Positions 36,442-46,303 of a stretch of DNA of 54,162 nucleotides are shown in pieces. The notes under the pieces were generated by a model. It was not told the DNA's origin, ran no database searches, and saw only the letters and a program-made list of their open reading frames with translations. Numbering within the stretch: the first letter of the stretch is position 1; every line of letters starts with the position of its first letter. The position numbers and the translations under genes are program-made. Source of the DNA: an uncultured Gammaproteobacteria bacterium (lineage in GTDB: Bacteria; Patescibacteriota; Patescibacteriia; Magasanikbacterales; GWA2-37-8); contig CAZLNR010000003.1 in assembly GCA_964561035.1 (NCBI GenBank), positions 3,558-57,719 on the forward strand, read 5' to 3'.

Positions 36442-37025
36442 CTAAATTGACCATGCTTGCGCATGTAATCAAACTTGATAATATGAAAAGAAATAAATTC
36501 ATTTTTGATAGTGCCATCTAAAGCCATTTTTAATGCCTTAGAAAACGGCACAGGAACCACCGTAATTGGCGACTCTTCATCCCCTTGCAGCGGCGCCGGA
36601 TACAAATCTTTTGCCGCATAAATATGAATATCCCACCGCAAGGTATTGCTTGGTGATTTTTGGTAAATTTTTTTAATAGTTTTTGCGCCAAAACCGGTTT
36701 CTTCTCGCAATTCGCGCTGAGCGGCTTGTTTGGGTGATTCCCTTTCATCAACTTTTCCTGCAGGTAAAAACCACACATCTTTCGCATATCCATGGCGGTG
36801 TTCTCGTATTAAGAGCAGTCTGCCCTTAGCGTCAAAAGGTAAAATAGTCACGGAATTTGGTCGTACGCAGTATTCAAATACTTTTTTGCTGCCATCAGAA
36901 AAAAATACATCACGCTGCAAAACTTTAAATACAATTCCTTTATAGACTTCTTTGAGCGGCCCCAACCTCTTTTCTTGCATACAAAATAATACAAATATTG
37001 GCTCTACTATAACAAAACACTCCAT
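36435..37025 (-). CDS. NUDIX hydrolase (ADP-ribose pyrophosphatase-like)
   Basis: Nudix box GKVDERESPKQAAQRELREETGF. The likely start is MQEKRL at 36980. Confidence 0.85.
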   Translation of the reverse strand: MECFVIVEPIFVLFCMQEKRLGPLKEVYKGIVFKVLQRDVFFSDGSKKVFEYCVRPNSVTILPFDAKGRLLLIREHRHGYAKDVWFLPAGKVDERESPKQAAQRELREETGFGAKTIKKIYQKSPSNTLRWDIHIYAAKDLYPAPLQGDEESPITVVPVPFSKALKMALDGTIKNEFISFHIIKFDYMRKHGQFSW

Positions 37026-37061
37026 TTCTGTCTATTTTTTATTTGAAAAATACTATTAAAA

Positions 37062-38435
37062 TTGGTATCCTACCTATACTTAAATTTTATGACTACTTTT
37101 TTAGCACAATTCAAAAAAATTACACTCGTTATCCTCGTAAGCGCAATGATTACGCCCGTACACCTTACCTCTTTTGCGTACGCCCAAACCGCCACCGACG
37201 CTTCTCGCCAGCAGCTTGAACAAGAATTACAGGCGGTAGAAAATCAAATTGCCGAACTAGAAAAACAAATAAGTGTTACTAAGGGAGAAAAGCAGACCTT
37301 GGCTAATAAAATTAAACAACTTAAAAACGAAGAAAGTCGATTGCGGCTGCAAATCAAATCTACTAATTTAAAAATAAATGATTTAGAAAAAAAACTTGAC
37401 ACGACTGTTCAAGCTATAGACGCAAACAAACTAAAGATAGTCCAATTACGCACTGAATTGGCTAAGCTAGTTCGCGCCTTACAGCAAAAAGACGACAATA
37501 TGTTTCTACTTCGCTTATTCGCAGAAAGCGGATTGCACAAAGCATTCGTTGAGGCGACCAATTACGCGCGCCTATCAATTTCTATTAACAAGCTGGTACA
37601 GGAATCAAAATCAACACAATTAGAGCTAAGTAAAAAACAGGTTGAATTTGAAGAACAGCAAGATGATGCGGAAAAACTGCTTGCTTTAGCAAGAATACAA
37701 CAAAGCGCGCTGGGAGGAAAACTAGGAGAACAAACACAGCTTTTAGAACAAACCAAAGGCCTAGAAACTACCTACCAAAACTTGCTAACTGACAGCAAGA
37801 AACATGCGGCAGAGCTTAAAAACCGCATATACGAACTGCTCGGAGTTGGCACACAGATAACTTTCGGACAGGCAGTGGCCATAGCTCAATCTACCAGTAA
37901 ACAAACTGGGGTTTCCGCTGCTTTTTTACTGGCCATACTCACCCAAGAATCAAACCTGGGTAAAAATGTTGGCACTTGCAACCGCCCTGGCGACCCGCCA
38001 GAAAAAGGCTGGCGCACTATTATGAAACCAACCAGAGATCACGAGCCGTTTTTAGCTATCACACAAGAACTTGGCCGCGATCCTGATGTTACTCCTGTCT
38101 CATGCCCTATGAAAAATAAAGATGGTTCTCAACTTGGCTGGGGTGGCGGCATGGGGCCAGCTCAATTTATCCCCTCTACCTGGATAGGCTATAAAGATAA
38201 AGTAAGCGCCTTAACCGGCAAAAGCCCGGCTGATCCATGGGATATCCGCGACGCGTTTATGGCCGCAGCGCTCTTGCTTAAAAACAACGGAGCTGACGGA
38301 ACTCGCGACGGGGAATGGAAAGCGGCTATGCGATACTTCTCTGGCAGCACCAATACGCGCTATAGATTTTATGGAGATAACGTTATGGCTTTAGCCGATA
38401 AATATAAACAAGAAATCGCCGACCTGGAATCATAG
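37062..38435 (+). CDS. Secreted coiled-coil protein with a C-terminal MltB/SLT_2-like lytic transglycosylase domain
   Basis: Signal/TM segment, ~250 aa of heptad-rich coiled coil, then LAILTQESNLG...GPAQFIPSTW...DIRDAFMAAALLL. The likely start is ATG 37089. Confidence 0.7.
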   Translation: MVSYLYLNFMTTFLAQFKKITLVILVSAMITPVHLTSFAYAQTATDASRQQLEQELQAVENQIAELEKQISVTKGEKQTLANKIKQLKNEESRLRLQIKSTNLKINDLEKKLDTTVQAIDANKLKIVQLRTELAKLVRALQQKDDNMFLLRLFAESGLHKAFVEATNYARLSISINKLVQESKSTQLELSKKQVEFEEQQDDAEKLLALARIQQSALGGKLGEQTQLLEQTKGLETTYQNLLTDSKKHAAELKNRIYELLGVGTQITFGQAVAIAQSTSKQTGVSAAFLLAILTQESNLGKNVGTCNRPGDPPEKGWRTIMKPTRDHEPFLAITQELGRDPDVTPVSCPMKNKDGSQLGWGGGMGPAQFIPSTWIGYKDKVSALTGKSPADPWDIRDAFMAAALLLKNNGADGTRDGEWKAAMRYFSGSTNTRYRFYGDNVMALADKYKQEIADLES

Positions 38436-38442
38436 ATATAAC

Positions 38443-38472
38443 AAAAAAGACAGCCATTTCGCTGTCTTTTTT
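38443..38472. terminator. Bidirectional terminator between the lytic transglycosylase-like gene and ribE
   Basis: AGACAGC-catttc-GCTGTCT with flanking A-run and T-run. Confidence 0.8.
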
Positions 38473-38477
38473 AATAT

Positions 38478-39062
38478 TTATCTTTTCATGAGCTTATATA
38501 CATATTTTGCCAGAACATCTGTTTCAATATTTACCGAGTCCCCTTTTTTAACAGCACGAAAATTTGTATGTTCTATCGTATAGCTCACCAGTGATACCGT
38601 AAACCAGTTGCGCCCCGTATCTACCACAGTCAAACTGATGCCGTTGATTGTAACCGAACCTTTATCCGCAATAAATTTCATAAACTTAACCGGCAATCGC
38701 ACTTTTACAATCCAAGAATCCTTAAGGTGTTTAATTTCAACAATTGTACCGACCGTATCCACATGCCCCTGCACAATATGGCCGTCTAGCAAAGTAGTAA
38801 GGTTGACGCTGGTTTCTAAGTTTACCAAAGAACCAGCGGATAAATCTGCCACAGCGGTTTTCTTGATTGTCTCTGGCATCCACTCCACCAAAAAACTTGT
38901 CGCTGTAAAACTTTTTACCGTTGAACATACGCCGCTAATAGAGATGCTTTGTCCAAGCTCTACCGGCCAATCTTGTTCTTTTTTAACAGTTGCAAAAATA
39001 CTGCCGTTCTTTTTTTCCACCCGTTCTATAGTTGAAGTTTTTTTAATAATTCCGGTAAACAT
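38478..39062 (-). CDS. ribE: Riboflavin synthase (alpha chain)
   Basis: MFTGII start, internally duplicated lumazine-binding halves, 194 aa. Confidence 0.9.
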   Translation of the reverse strand: MFTGIIKKTSTIERVEKKNGSIFATVKKEQDWPVELGQSISISGVCSTVKSFTATSFLVEWMPETIKKTAVADLSAGSLVNLETSVNLTTLLDGHIVQGHVDTVGTIVEIKHLKDSWIVKVRLPVKFMKFIADKGSVTINGISLTVVDTGRNWFTVSLVSYTIEHTNFRAVKKGDSVNIETDVLAKYVYKLMKR

Positions 39063-39066
39063 ATTT

Positions 39067-39408
39067 TTATATTTCTGCTAACAGCCGCACCTGCTCCACA
39101 TCGGCTGCAATTTGTTTTTTTAAATCATCTTCATTATCAAATTTTTTCATTTCACGCATTTTTTCTCCCAACTCTACATCCAATTGTTTTCCATATAAAT
39201 CACCGGCAAAATCCAAAACATGTATTTCAAACAAATTTCCGCCCGGATAAATAAACACTGCGCCCGCATGCTTTTTCCCATTGAGCACTGTGGTTGCCCA
39301 ATAAATTCCCCCATCAATTTGCTCCGAAATTATTATATTGGCTGTAGGAAACCCAAGCTCTCTGCCTTTCTGTTTTCCTTTAACCACTACACCGGTTATA
39401 TGTTTCAT
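39067..39408 (-). CDS. Stand-alone riboflavin kinase domain protein (equivalent to the RibF C-terminal domain)
   Basis: GVVVKGKQKGRELGFPTANI...HVLDFAGDLYGK. There is no FAD-synthetase half. Confidence 0.8.
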   Translation of the reverse strand: MKHITGVVVKGKQKGRELGFPTANIIISEQIDGGIYWATTVLNGKKHAGAVFIYPGGNLFEIHVLDFAGDLYGKQLDVELGEKMREMKKFDNEDDLKKQIAADVEQVRLLAEI

Positions 39409-39409
39409 A

Positions 39410-40330
39410 TTATTTTGCCAAACGCTTCAACGCCGGAAATAAATCCTGTAATTTTTTTACCAGCGCGCACCGCCAATCGCAATATGCTTCTTTATTTTTA
39501 TTTAAACATTTTTCACAACAGATAAAATGATCGTGGCAGTTTGGCTGCTGGCAATTAACATAATGCTCGCTTGGCTGGTGGCATTTTTTACACCGACCGA
39601 CCATTTCCGCCTTAGTCTTATCGCTATTAAAGCCCATAGTTACTCGGCCGTCAAACACATATAACTTTCCCAAAAAATCTTCATTTGGATATTTCTCCAT
39701 ATACGTAACAATGCCGTTATGAAGTTGGTACACATCATTAAAACCATGTTTTACCAAAAAACCTGATGCCTTTTCACACCGTACGCCTCCCGTGCAAACT
39801 GTAACCACTGTTTTATTTTTTAAATGCTCCAAAGTTGGCAATAAGGCTGGCAAATCACGAAAGTTTTTAAGCGGAGGCAAAATAGAATTTTTAAAAAAAC
39901 CAACTGAGTGCTCATAATCATTGCGCATGTCTACAATATAAAATTCTTTGTCACTATGAATCCAGCTATGAAGATCTTCTGCGGATAAATATTTCCCTGT
40001 CATTTCATTAGGGTTAACATCATCCACCCCCAAATGCGCGCTCACAATCTCTGACCTGCATTTTACTGAGAGTTTTGGGAAAGCATGACCAGTGCCATCG
40101 CTGCGCTTAAAATTCATATCAGCAAATCGGGGATCTTTTATCATCTCATCCAGATATTTTTGTGTATTTTCTCGCAAACCTTCTACCGTACCGTTTAAAC
40201 CTTCGGCTGCTACGATGATCCGCCCTTTCAACCCTAAGCGCTCGCACAACTCTTTTTGTGCCTGTGTAAAAGCTTCCGGATCGGAGATGGAGGTGTATTT
40301 ATAATATAGTAAGATTTCGTATTGAGACAT
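39410..40330 (-). CDS. trhO: Rhodanese-domain tRNA uridine(34) hydroxylase TrhO (UPF0176/YceA family)
   Basis: ILLYYKY N-terminus, rhodanese active-site CTGGVRCE and a C-terminal Cys-rich tail. Confidence 0.85.
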   Translation of the reverse strand: MSQYEILLYYKYTSISDPEAFTQAQKELCERLGLKGRIIVAAEGLNGTVEGLRENTQKYLDEMIKDPRFADMNFKRSDGTGHAFPKLSVKCRSEIVSAHLGVDDVNPNEMTGKYLSAEDLHSWIHSDKEFYIVDMRNDYEHSVGFFKNSILPPLKNFRDLPALLPTLEHLKNKTVVTVCTGGVRCEKASGFLVKHGFNDVYQLHNGIVTYMEKYPNEDFLGKLYVFDGRVTMGFNSDKTKAEMVGRCKKCHQPSEHYVNCQQPNCHDHFICCEKCLNKNKEAYCDWRCALVKKLQDLFPALKRLAK

Positions 40331-40336
40331 ATATAC

Positions 40337-41146
40337 CTAGTTAAGAATACTAAAGAAAGATAATACCAGAACAACGGCTCCAAGCGCAACTCGGTAATAG
40401 CCAAATTTCTTAAAGTTATGATTTTGAATATATTTTATAAAAAAAGTAATACCTGCCAATGCAGATAAAAACGCCGCCACAAAACCGACCACAAGTACAA
40501 ACAATTCATTCTGAGTGAATGTAAAACCGTGTTTTAGCAGACTGTATCCTGAAGCCGCAACCATAGTAGGAACCGCCAAAAAGAATGAAAATTCCACCGC
40601 CTTAGCTCGACCAACCCCTAAAAGCATAGCCCCAATAATGGTGGCTGCCGAGCGGGATGTGCCAGGAACCATCGCCAGACACTGAAATAATCCGATTAAA
40701 ACAGCATTGCGGTATGTAATATCCGCTGCCAAAAGAGCGGATCTGTCTTTTTTCTCTACAAAAATCAACACTAACCCACCGATAATAAGCGCTAAGGCAA
40801 CCGTAACTGGATTGAACAGCCTCTCTTCAATAATTGCTCCAAACAAAGCCCCTAACACCAAAGCTGGTAACACTGCCACTACAACCTTATACCATAGGCC
40901 CAAAGACTCAGACATTTGAAGTGAGCCATTACCAAATGGCCAAAGCTTTTTCCAGAACACCACCACAACCGCCGCAATAGCACCAAGCTGTATTACCACA
41001 TCAAACAAAGCGGTAAATGACGGGCTAAACCGCAACCAATTGTTAATGATTATTAAATGCCCGGTGGAAGAGATAGGTAAAAACTCAGTTACCCCTTCTA
41101 CTATTCCCAAGACAACAGCTTTGCTTATCTCTAAAAACATACACAA
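40337..41146 (-). CDS. uppP: Undecaprenyl-diphosphate phosphatase
   Basis: GVTEFLPISSTGHL and PGTSRSAATI motifs; 8 TM helices. Confidence 0.93.
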   Translation of the reverse strand: MCMFLEISKAVVLGIVEGVTEFLPISSTGHLIIINNWLRFSPSFTALFDVVIQLGAIAAVVVVFWKKLWPFGNGSLQMSESLGLWYKVVVAVLPALVLGALFGAIIEERLFNPVTVALALIIGGLVLIFVEKKDRSALLAADITYRNAVLIGLFQCLAMVPGTSRSAATIIGAMLLGVGRAKAVEFSFFLAVPTMVAASGYSLLKHGFTFTQNELFVLVVGFVAAFLSALAGITFFIKYIQNHNFKKFGYYRVALGAVVLVLSFFSILN

Positions 41147-41220
41147 TTATATTTACTCTGGTTACTATATATGAAATACGTTCACAAATCAACCAGGATA
41201 TGACAGATTTTTTAAAACTA

Positions 41221-41249
41221 TTGACATATACCCCTAGGGGGTATACGAT
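41221..41249 (+). promoter_or_regulatory. csoR-copA promoter (TTGACA ... TACGAT) with an overlapping CsoR-type operator palindrome TATACCCCTAGGGGGTATA (41227-41245)
   Basis: A GC-core palindrome of the ATACCC...GGGTAT type fills the promoter spacer directly upstream of csoR. Confidence 0.6.
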
Positions 41250-41275
41250 AAGTATATATTTTTAATATTCAGCAT

Positions 41276-41542
41276 ATGCATCATAAAAATAAAACATCGA
41301 TCGCCCGCCGACTCAAGCTAATTGAAGGCCAAGTGCGTGGTCTGCAAAAAATGATAGAAAGCGATACATATTGCATTGATATTATTACTCAAACTTCGGC
41401 AGTAAAACAAGCATTATCTAACGTGGAAGACCTTCTTATGGAAGACCACCTTGGCGGTTGTATTATCAGCCAAATAAAGTCCGGGCAGACTGAAAAAGCA
41501 AAAAATGAAATTCTTAAGGTGTATAAATTAAAACGAAAATAA
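41276..41542 (+). CDS. csoR: CsoR/RcnR family metal-sensing transcriptional repressor
   Basis: RL.RIEGQVRGL.KM-type helix; Cys...His-x3-Cys ligand pattern (DTYC ... HLGGC). Confidence 0.9.
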   Translation: MHHKNKTSIARRLKLIEGQVRGLQKMIESDTYCIDIITQTSAVKQALSNVEDLLMEDHLGGCIISQIKSGQTEKAKNEILKVYKLKRK

Positions 41543-41543
41543 T

Positions 41544-43829
41544 ATGACAAACCAATCATACAAAATCAAAGGCATGCATTGCGCTTCCTGTGCCACTATT
41601 ATTGAAAAAACATTTAAGAAAACTGCCGGCGTACACGAAGCGTCCGTAAATTACGGAACAGAAACTGCAAAAATTTCATTTGACCAGGCGCTTGTTACTG
41701 CACCACAACTCTCTCAATCTATAGAGCCTTTTGGATATTCTTTGGTCATGCCTTCCGCGGAAGACATGGGTATGTCAGCAGATCAGCACGCTCAACATCT
41801 TGGTTTGACCCAATCAAAAAAAGATAAGTTGGCTGAAATTTTAGACATGAAACACAAGGTTATTTCGGTAATTCCTTTGGCAATTATTAGTATTTTTATA
41901 ATGGGTTGGGATATATTTGCCAAATACAATATTGTACCAGCGGCAAATAATGTCTTGGAAGAATTCTTTCACCATTTACTCCCCATAATGGCCGCTTACA
42001 CGCTTTTTACGGTTGGCAAACCTTATCTTTTAGGTTTTTATCGCTTCCTGCGATACGGCAAAGCTAACATGGACACCCTTATCGGCATCGGTACATCAAC
42101 CGCTTTTCTATACAGTTTTATAATCAGCGCCTTTGAGGATGTGCTTACACCTTTTATAAATACTGCGCACACATATTATGATGTGGTAATTGTCGTAATA
42201 ACTTTTATAGCTCTTGGCAAATATCTGGAAGCTGTATCAAAATTAAAAACCGGCGACGCGATTGAAAAACTCTTAAATCTACAAGCAAAAACAGCGCTTG
42301 TTCGACGAGAGGGCACGGATATAGAAATTCCTATAGATCAAGTGCGCCATGGCGACAATATTATCATAAAACCAGGCACAAAAATCCCAGTAGACGGAAC
42401 AATTATTGACGGCAGTTCATTTCTAGACCAATCAATGATAACCGGTGAACCGATGCCTGTAAAAAAACAAATTGGCGATTCTGTTGTGGCAGGAACTATA
42501 AACACAACTGGTTCATTTATATTTACGGCAACCAAAGTAGGATCAGAGACTGTTTTGGCGCAAATTATAAAAATGGTAGAGGAAGCCCAAGGCAGCAAAG
42601 CTCCTATCCAAGCTTTAGCAGATAAAATTTCCAGTGTTTTTGTACCGGTTGTACTCGTAATATCTTTTGTTTCTCTAGGCGCATGGTTATTTTTTGGCAT
42701 TGACACACTTGGATTTTCCAAAGCACTCTCCTACGGACTAGTTTCTTTTGTGGGCATACTGGTAATCGCCTGCCCATGCGCCCTGGGATTGGCTACGCCT
42801 ACCGCCATTATTGTTGGGGTAGGCAAAGGCGCGCGCGAAGGTGTCTTAATAAAAGACGCGGCTACTTTGGAAAGGCTGCATGAAGTAAATACGATAGTTG
42901 TAGACAAAACTGGCACCATCACTGTTGGCAAACCAACTCTTACCGATCTGCGAGTTGCTGGCCAAATATCCGAACAGGAACTAATATCAATACTTGCTTC
43001 ACTAGAAAGCAAATCGGAACATCCTATAGCTCGCGCCATTATTGAGTATGCTAAAAACAGTGTTATAAAAAATGTTTCTGATTTTAAAAATATTGAAGGC
43101 AAAGGCATCACTGGCATTATTGACGGCATACAATATTTTGCCGGAAATGTTGAACTGGTACAGAGCCTCGGCATTGCCTTTGACCGCTCTAGCATACTTG
43201 CATTTGCGGCTCAAGGAAAAACCCCTGTCATACTAGCATCAAAAACCGAAGTGCTTGGTTTTGTACTGGTAGCCGATGAAATCAAACCGGAATCAGCCCA
43301 AGCTGTTGCCGATTTACATAAGTTGGGAATCAAAGTGGTAATGCTTACCGGTGATGAAGAAAAAACTGCGCAATATATTGCCAATCTTGTGCATATAGAT
43401 ACTGTGGTAGCCAATGTTTTGCCACACCATAAATTGGAAAAAATCAAAGAGCTGCAATCAGCAGGTGCTATAGTGGCCATGGCTGGCGACGGGGTAAATG
43501 ATGCTCCGGCGCTTGCACAAGCTGATGTTGGTATTGCAATGGGCACCGGCACCGACGTAGCAATTGAATCTGCCGGCATCACACTGCTGGGCGGAGATAT
43601 ATCAAAATTAGTTAAGGCAATCAAACTATCAAAACTCACCATGCGCGGTATTAAACAAAATTTATTCTGGGCGTTTATATATAACATCATAGGCATTCCT
43701 TTGGCCGCCGGTTTATTTTATCCCCTGTTTGGCTGGCTGCTTAACCCGGTGTTTGCCGGCTTAGCCATGGCTTGCTCAAGTGTTTCAGTGGTGGCAAATT
43801 CATTGCGCATAAAAAATAAAAAGTTATAA
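41544..43829 (+). CDS. copA: Copper-translocating P1B-type ATPase
   Basis: N-terminal HMA domain (GMHCASCA), CPC transmembrane motif, DKTGT phosphorylation site and GDGVNDAP. Confidence 0.95.
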   Translation: MTNQSYKIKGMHCASCATIIEKTFKKTAGVHEASVNYGTETAKISFDQALVTAPQLSQSIEPFGYSLVMPSAEDMGMSADQHAQHLGLTQSKKDKLAEILDMKHKVISVIPLAIISIFIMGWDIFAKYNIVPAANNVLEEFFHHLLPIMAAYTLFTVGKPYLLGFYRFLRYGKANMDTLIGIGTSTAFLYSFIISAFEDVLTPFINTAHTYYDVVIVVITFIALGKYLEAVSKLKTGDAIEKLLNLQAKTALVRREGTDIEIPIDQVRHGDNIIIKPGTKIPVDGTIIDGSSFLDQSMITGEPMPVKKQIGDSVVAGTINTTGSFIFTATKVGSETVLAQIIKMVEEAQGSKAPIQALADKISSVFVPVVLVISFVSLGAWLFFGIDTLGFSKALSYGLVSFVGILVIACPCALGLATPTAIIVGVGKGAREGVLIKDAATLERLHEVNTIVVDKTGTITVGKPTLTDLRVAGQISEQELISILASLESKSEHPIARAIIEYAKNSVIKNVSDFKNIEGKGITGIIDGIQYFAGNVELVQSLGIAFDRSSILAFAAQGKTPVILASKTEVLGFVLVADEIKPESAQAVADLHKLGIKVVMLTGDEEKTAQYIANLVHIDTVVANVLPHHKLEKIKELQSAGAIVAMAGDGVNDAPALAQADVGIAMGTGTDVAIESAGITLLGGDISKLVKAIKLSKLTMRGIKQNLFWAFIYNIIGIPLAAGLFYPLFGWLLNPVFAGLAMACSSVSVVANSLRIKNKKL

Positions 43830-43830
43830 T

Positions 43831-43867
43831 TTGACAATTTGATTTTTTAGTACTACAATTTGTAGTA
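43831..43867 (+). promoter_or_regulatory. Internal promoter TTGACA, 17-nt spacer, TACAAT, with a 17-bp palindrome TACTACA-att-TGTAGTA (43851-43867) over the -10
   Basis: Direct reading. It lies between copA and the HMA-membrane protein gene. Confidence 0.5.
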
Positions 43868-43882
43868 GATAATTATATTTTT

Positions 43883-44902
43883 ATGGAACAATATAAATTT
43901 CAGGTCAACGGCATGCACTGCAAGGCATGTATTACACTTACCGAAAGCGAATTGTGCACATTGCCGGGCGTGCAAAAAGTAACCGCTTCCCTATCTGACA
44001 CTAGCGTTACCGTAGAAGGCGAATTCGGCGAGCACACCAAAGAACAAATCGCTTCACAATTTACCAAAGTGCTGCAACCGCATGGTTATACTGTTTCTGC
44101 TGAAAAAAATACTTTCAGCCCTGCCTGGTCTGATTTTAAAATCGCAGCCCCAATTGCAGCAATTCTTATTATATTATTTATTGGTTTACAGAAACTAGGC
44201 GTTGCAAACTTGATTACTGCATCTCGCTTAGACTATCGATCTATTTTTATTATCGGACTTGTAGCCTCGGTATCCAGCTGCATGGCTGTAGTTGGCGGAT
44301 TGGTGTTATCCGTCTCGGCAAACTTTGCCAAACAGGGCGACCGGCTCAAACCACAGCTCTTTTTTCATCTCAGCCGCCTGATTTCATTTTTTATTCTGGG
44401 CGGCATAATTGGTACACTGGGTGCAACAGTGCAACTAGGTATTATTGGCAATTTTATTCTCAATCTGTTGGTTGGGTTAGTGCTTGGCATTCTAGGCATC
44501 AATCTGCTTGATATTTTTCCTTGGGCAAAAAAAATACAACCGGCCATGCCTTCGTTTATTGGCAAACGAATCTACGCTCTTAAAAACCTTAACCACACTC
44601 TAACACCAGTACTGCTTGGCGCGGCCACTTTTTTCCTGCCATGCGGATTTACCCAATCTATGCAAATATACGCTCTCTCCACCAAACAATTCATGCCAGG
44701 AGCAATAACCATGTTTATTTTTGCACTGGGAACTTTGCCAGCACTTGCCATACTAGGCGCCAGCTCTGCCAATATCGGAAATAAGTTTAACACCAGCGCC
44801 TTCTTTAAAACTGCCGGTCTGGTTGTTCTATTTTTTGCTCTACTCAATATCGCGGGTAGCTTGGCGGCAATCGGCCTAATCCCGCCATTATTTAATTTTT
44901 AA
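43883..44902 (+). CDS. HMA-domain protein fused to a multi-pass DsbD_2/TauE-like membrane domain
   Basis: N-terminal GMHCKAC metal-binding motif, then ~6 TM helices with membrane Cys residues (SSCMAV, LPCGF). Confidence 0.55.
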   Translation: MEQYKFQVNGMHCKACITLTESELCTLPGVQKVTASLSDTSVTVEGEFGEHTKEQIASQFTKVLQPHGYTVSAEKNTFSPAWSDFKIAAPIAAILIILFIGLQKLGVANLITASRLDYRSIFIIGLVASVSSCMAVVGGLVLSVSANFAKQGDRLKPQLFFHLSRLISFFILGGIIGTLGATVQLGIIGNFILNLLVGLVLGILGINLLDIFPWAKKIQPAMPSFIGKRIYALKNLNHTLTPVLLGAATFFLPCGFTQSMQIYALSTKQFMPGAITMFIFALGTLPALAILGASSANIGNKFNTSAFFKTAGLVVLFFALLNIAGSLAAIGLIPPLFNF

Positions 44903-44913
44903 CCTGGTGTTTT

Positions 44914-45324
44914 ATGAAAAAAATCCTCCCCCTGCTTTCCGTTCTTGTTTTTGCTATCATAACTATCAGTGTATTTTTAATATCCAAAAAAATTCAAGAT
45001 AATCAATATTCTCCTTCAACCGCCGCAGCAGCTTCACAAAATGTACGTAGTAATGGCAAAACGCAAGAAATAACTATTACAGCCAAAGGCGGTTACACGC
45101 CTCGCAAAACATCTGCCAGCGCAAATATACCGACTGTGCTCACAGTTAAAACAAACAGTACGTTTGACTGCTCTGCCTCTCTTGTCATACCGAGCCTTGG
45201 CTACAGGAACAACCTGCCATCATCAGGAGAAGTACAGATAAACATTCCGCCGCAAAAACCAGGTACCAGTCTTAAAGGACTGTGCTCTATGGGAATGTAT
45301 AGCTTTACAATCAATTTTAATTAA
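44914..45324 (+). CDS. Membrane-anchored cupredoxin-like (EfeO-type cupredoxin) protein
   Basis: TM anchor, then a beta-sandwich-like region ending in CSMGMY...F, as in cupredoxin_1-type proteins of copper/mercury loci. Confidence 0.55.
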   Translation: MKKILPLLSVLVFAIITISVFLISKKIQDNQYSPSTAAAASQNVRSNGKTQEITITAKGGYTPRKTSASANIPTVLTVKTNSTFDCSASLVIPSLGYRNNLPSSGEVQINIPPQKPGTSLKGLCSMGMYSFTINFN

Positions 45325-45330
45325 TAAAAA

Positions 45331-45353
45331 ACCGGGGTTACAGCCCCGGTTTT
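45331..45353. terminator. Bidirectional terminator between the copper module and msrB
   Basis: ACCGGGG-ttacag-CCCCGGT flanked by AAAAA and TTTT. Confidence 0.8.
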
Positions 45354-45355
45354 AT

Positions 45356-45721
45356 TTATTTTTGTTTTGGAATAAACTTCAGCGAAACAGAGTTAACACA
45401 ATGCCGTGTATTTTTTTCTGTATACCCTTCACCAACAAACACATGACCCAAATGTCCGCCGCATGCAGCGCATGTAATCTCGGTACGCATACCATCTGCA
45501 TCCATAGTTTTTTTCACCGCTCCCGGCAACTCCTGATCAAAACTTGGCCAACCGCAACCGGAATGAAATTTACTGTCCGAAATATATAACGGTGTTTCAC
45601 AACGACGGCATACATACGTGCCTTCAGCAAAGAAATTTTCATATTCTCCGGTAAATGGCATTTCCGTACCCTTGCCCACTATTACTTTTTCTTCTTCGGG
45701 CGTGAGTTTGTTAAGCTGCAT
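45356..45721 (-). CDS. msrB: Peptide-methionine (R)-S-oxide reductase
   Basis: CxxC...CGWPSF...CxxC...RHCVNS motifs; 121 aa. Confidence 0.93.
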   Translation of the reverse strand: MQLNKLTPEEEKVIVGKGTEMPFTGEYENFFAEGTYVCRRCETPLYISDSKFHSGCGWPSFDQELPGAVKKTMDADGMRTEITCAACGGHLGHVFVGEGYTEKNTRHCVNSVSLKFIPKQK

Positions 45722-45725
45722 ATTT

Positions 45726-46301
45726 TTATATTTTTAAACTAATTATTTTAAGCTGTTGCCTAATTTTTCTATGCTCGGGAATTGTTTGTGCTACCAAATC
45801 CCAAAATTTTTTTGAGTGATTCATTTGAGCTAAATGACACAACTCGTGCACCACTACATATTCAGCTGCCCTATCTGGCAACAAGGCAATTTTAAAATTA
45901 AAATTTAGGTTGCCGCTTTTTGAACAGCTTCCCCATCTGGTTTTTTGATTTTTAATTGCAATTCTTTTCCAAGCAAAACCATACATAGTATTAAACTTTT
46001 CCAATTTTTGCCGCACCAATACTAAGGCCGCTTTTTTATATTTCAAAAATTCCTGTCGGGACTGATGCTTTGTCTTTGGTTTTACCGCCAAAACAAGACT
46101 TTCTATTTTCTGCAAAATCCAGTCTGCCTTCAGGCGCATAAACCGTTCTACCGACCACACACCAAACCGTTTTGGAGCGCTTACTTTTACAGCACCGCCC
46201 GGATATACTGCCACACGCAAACTCCGTGCCTTATCTTTTAAATTTAGGCTATACAAAATCTGCTTACCTCCGAGCATAATTGCGTGATGAGTTGTTTGCA
46301 T
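45726..46301 (-). CDS. YgjP-like (DUF45/M48 superfamily) metal-dependent hydrolase
   Basis: RWGSCS...[15 protein letters not shown] pattern. Confidence 0.8.
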   Translation of the reverse strand: MQTTHHAIMLGGKQILYSLNLKDKARSLRVAVYPGGAVKVSAPKRFGVWSVERFMRLKADWILQKIESLVLAVKPKTKHQSRQEFLKYKKAALVLVRQKLEKFNTMYGFAWKRIAIKNQKTRWGSCSKSGNLNFNFKIALLPDRAAEYVVVHELCHLAQMNHSKKFWDLVAQTIPEHRKIRQQLKIISLKI

Positions 46302-46303
46302 AT

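Noticed and set aside
43851-43867. A canonical CopY cop box (TACAnnTGTA)
   Set aside because: The palindrome has a 3-nt rather than 2-nt centre, and no CopY/BlaI-family gene is visible. It is kept only as a generic candidate operator.
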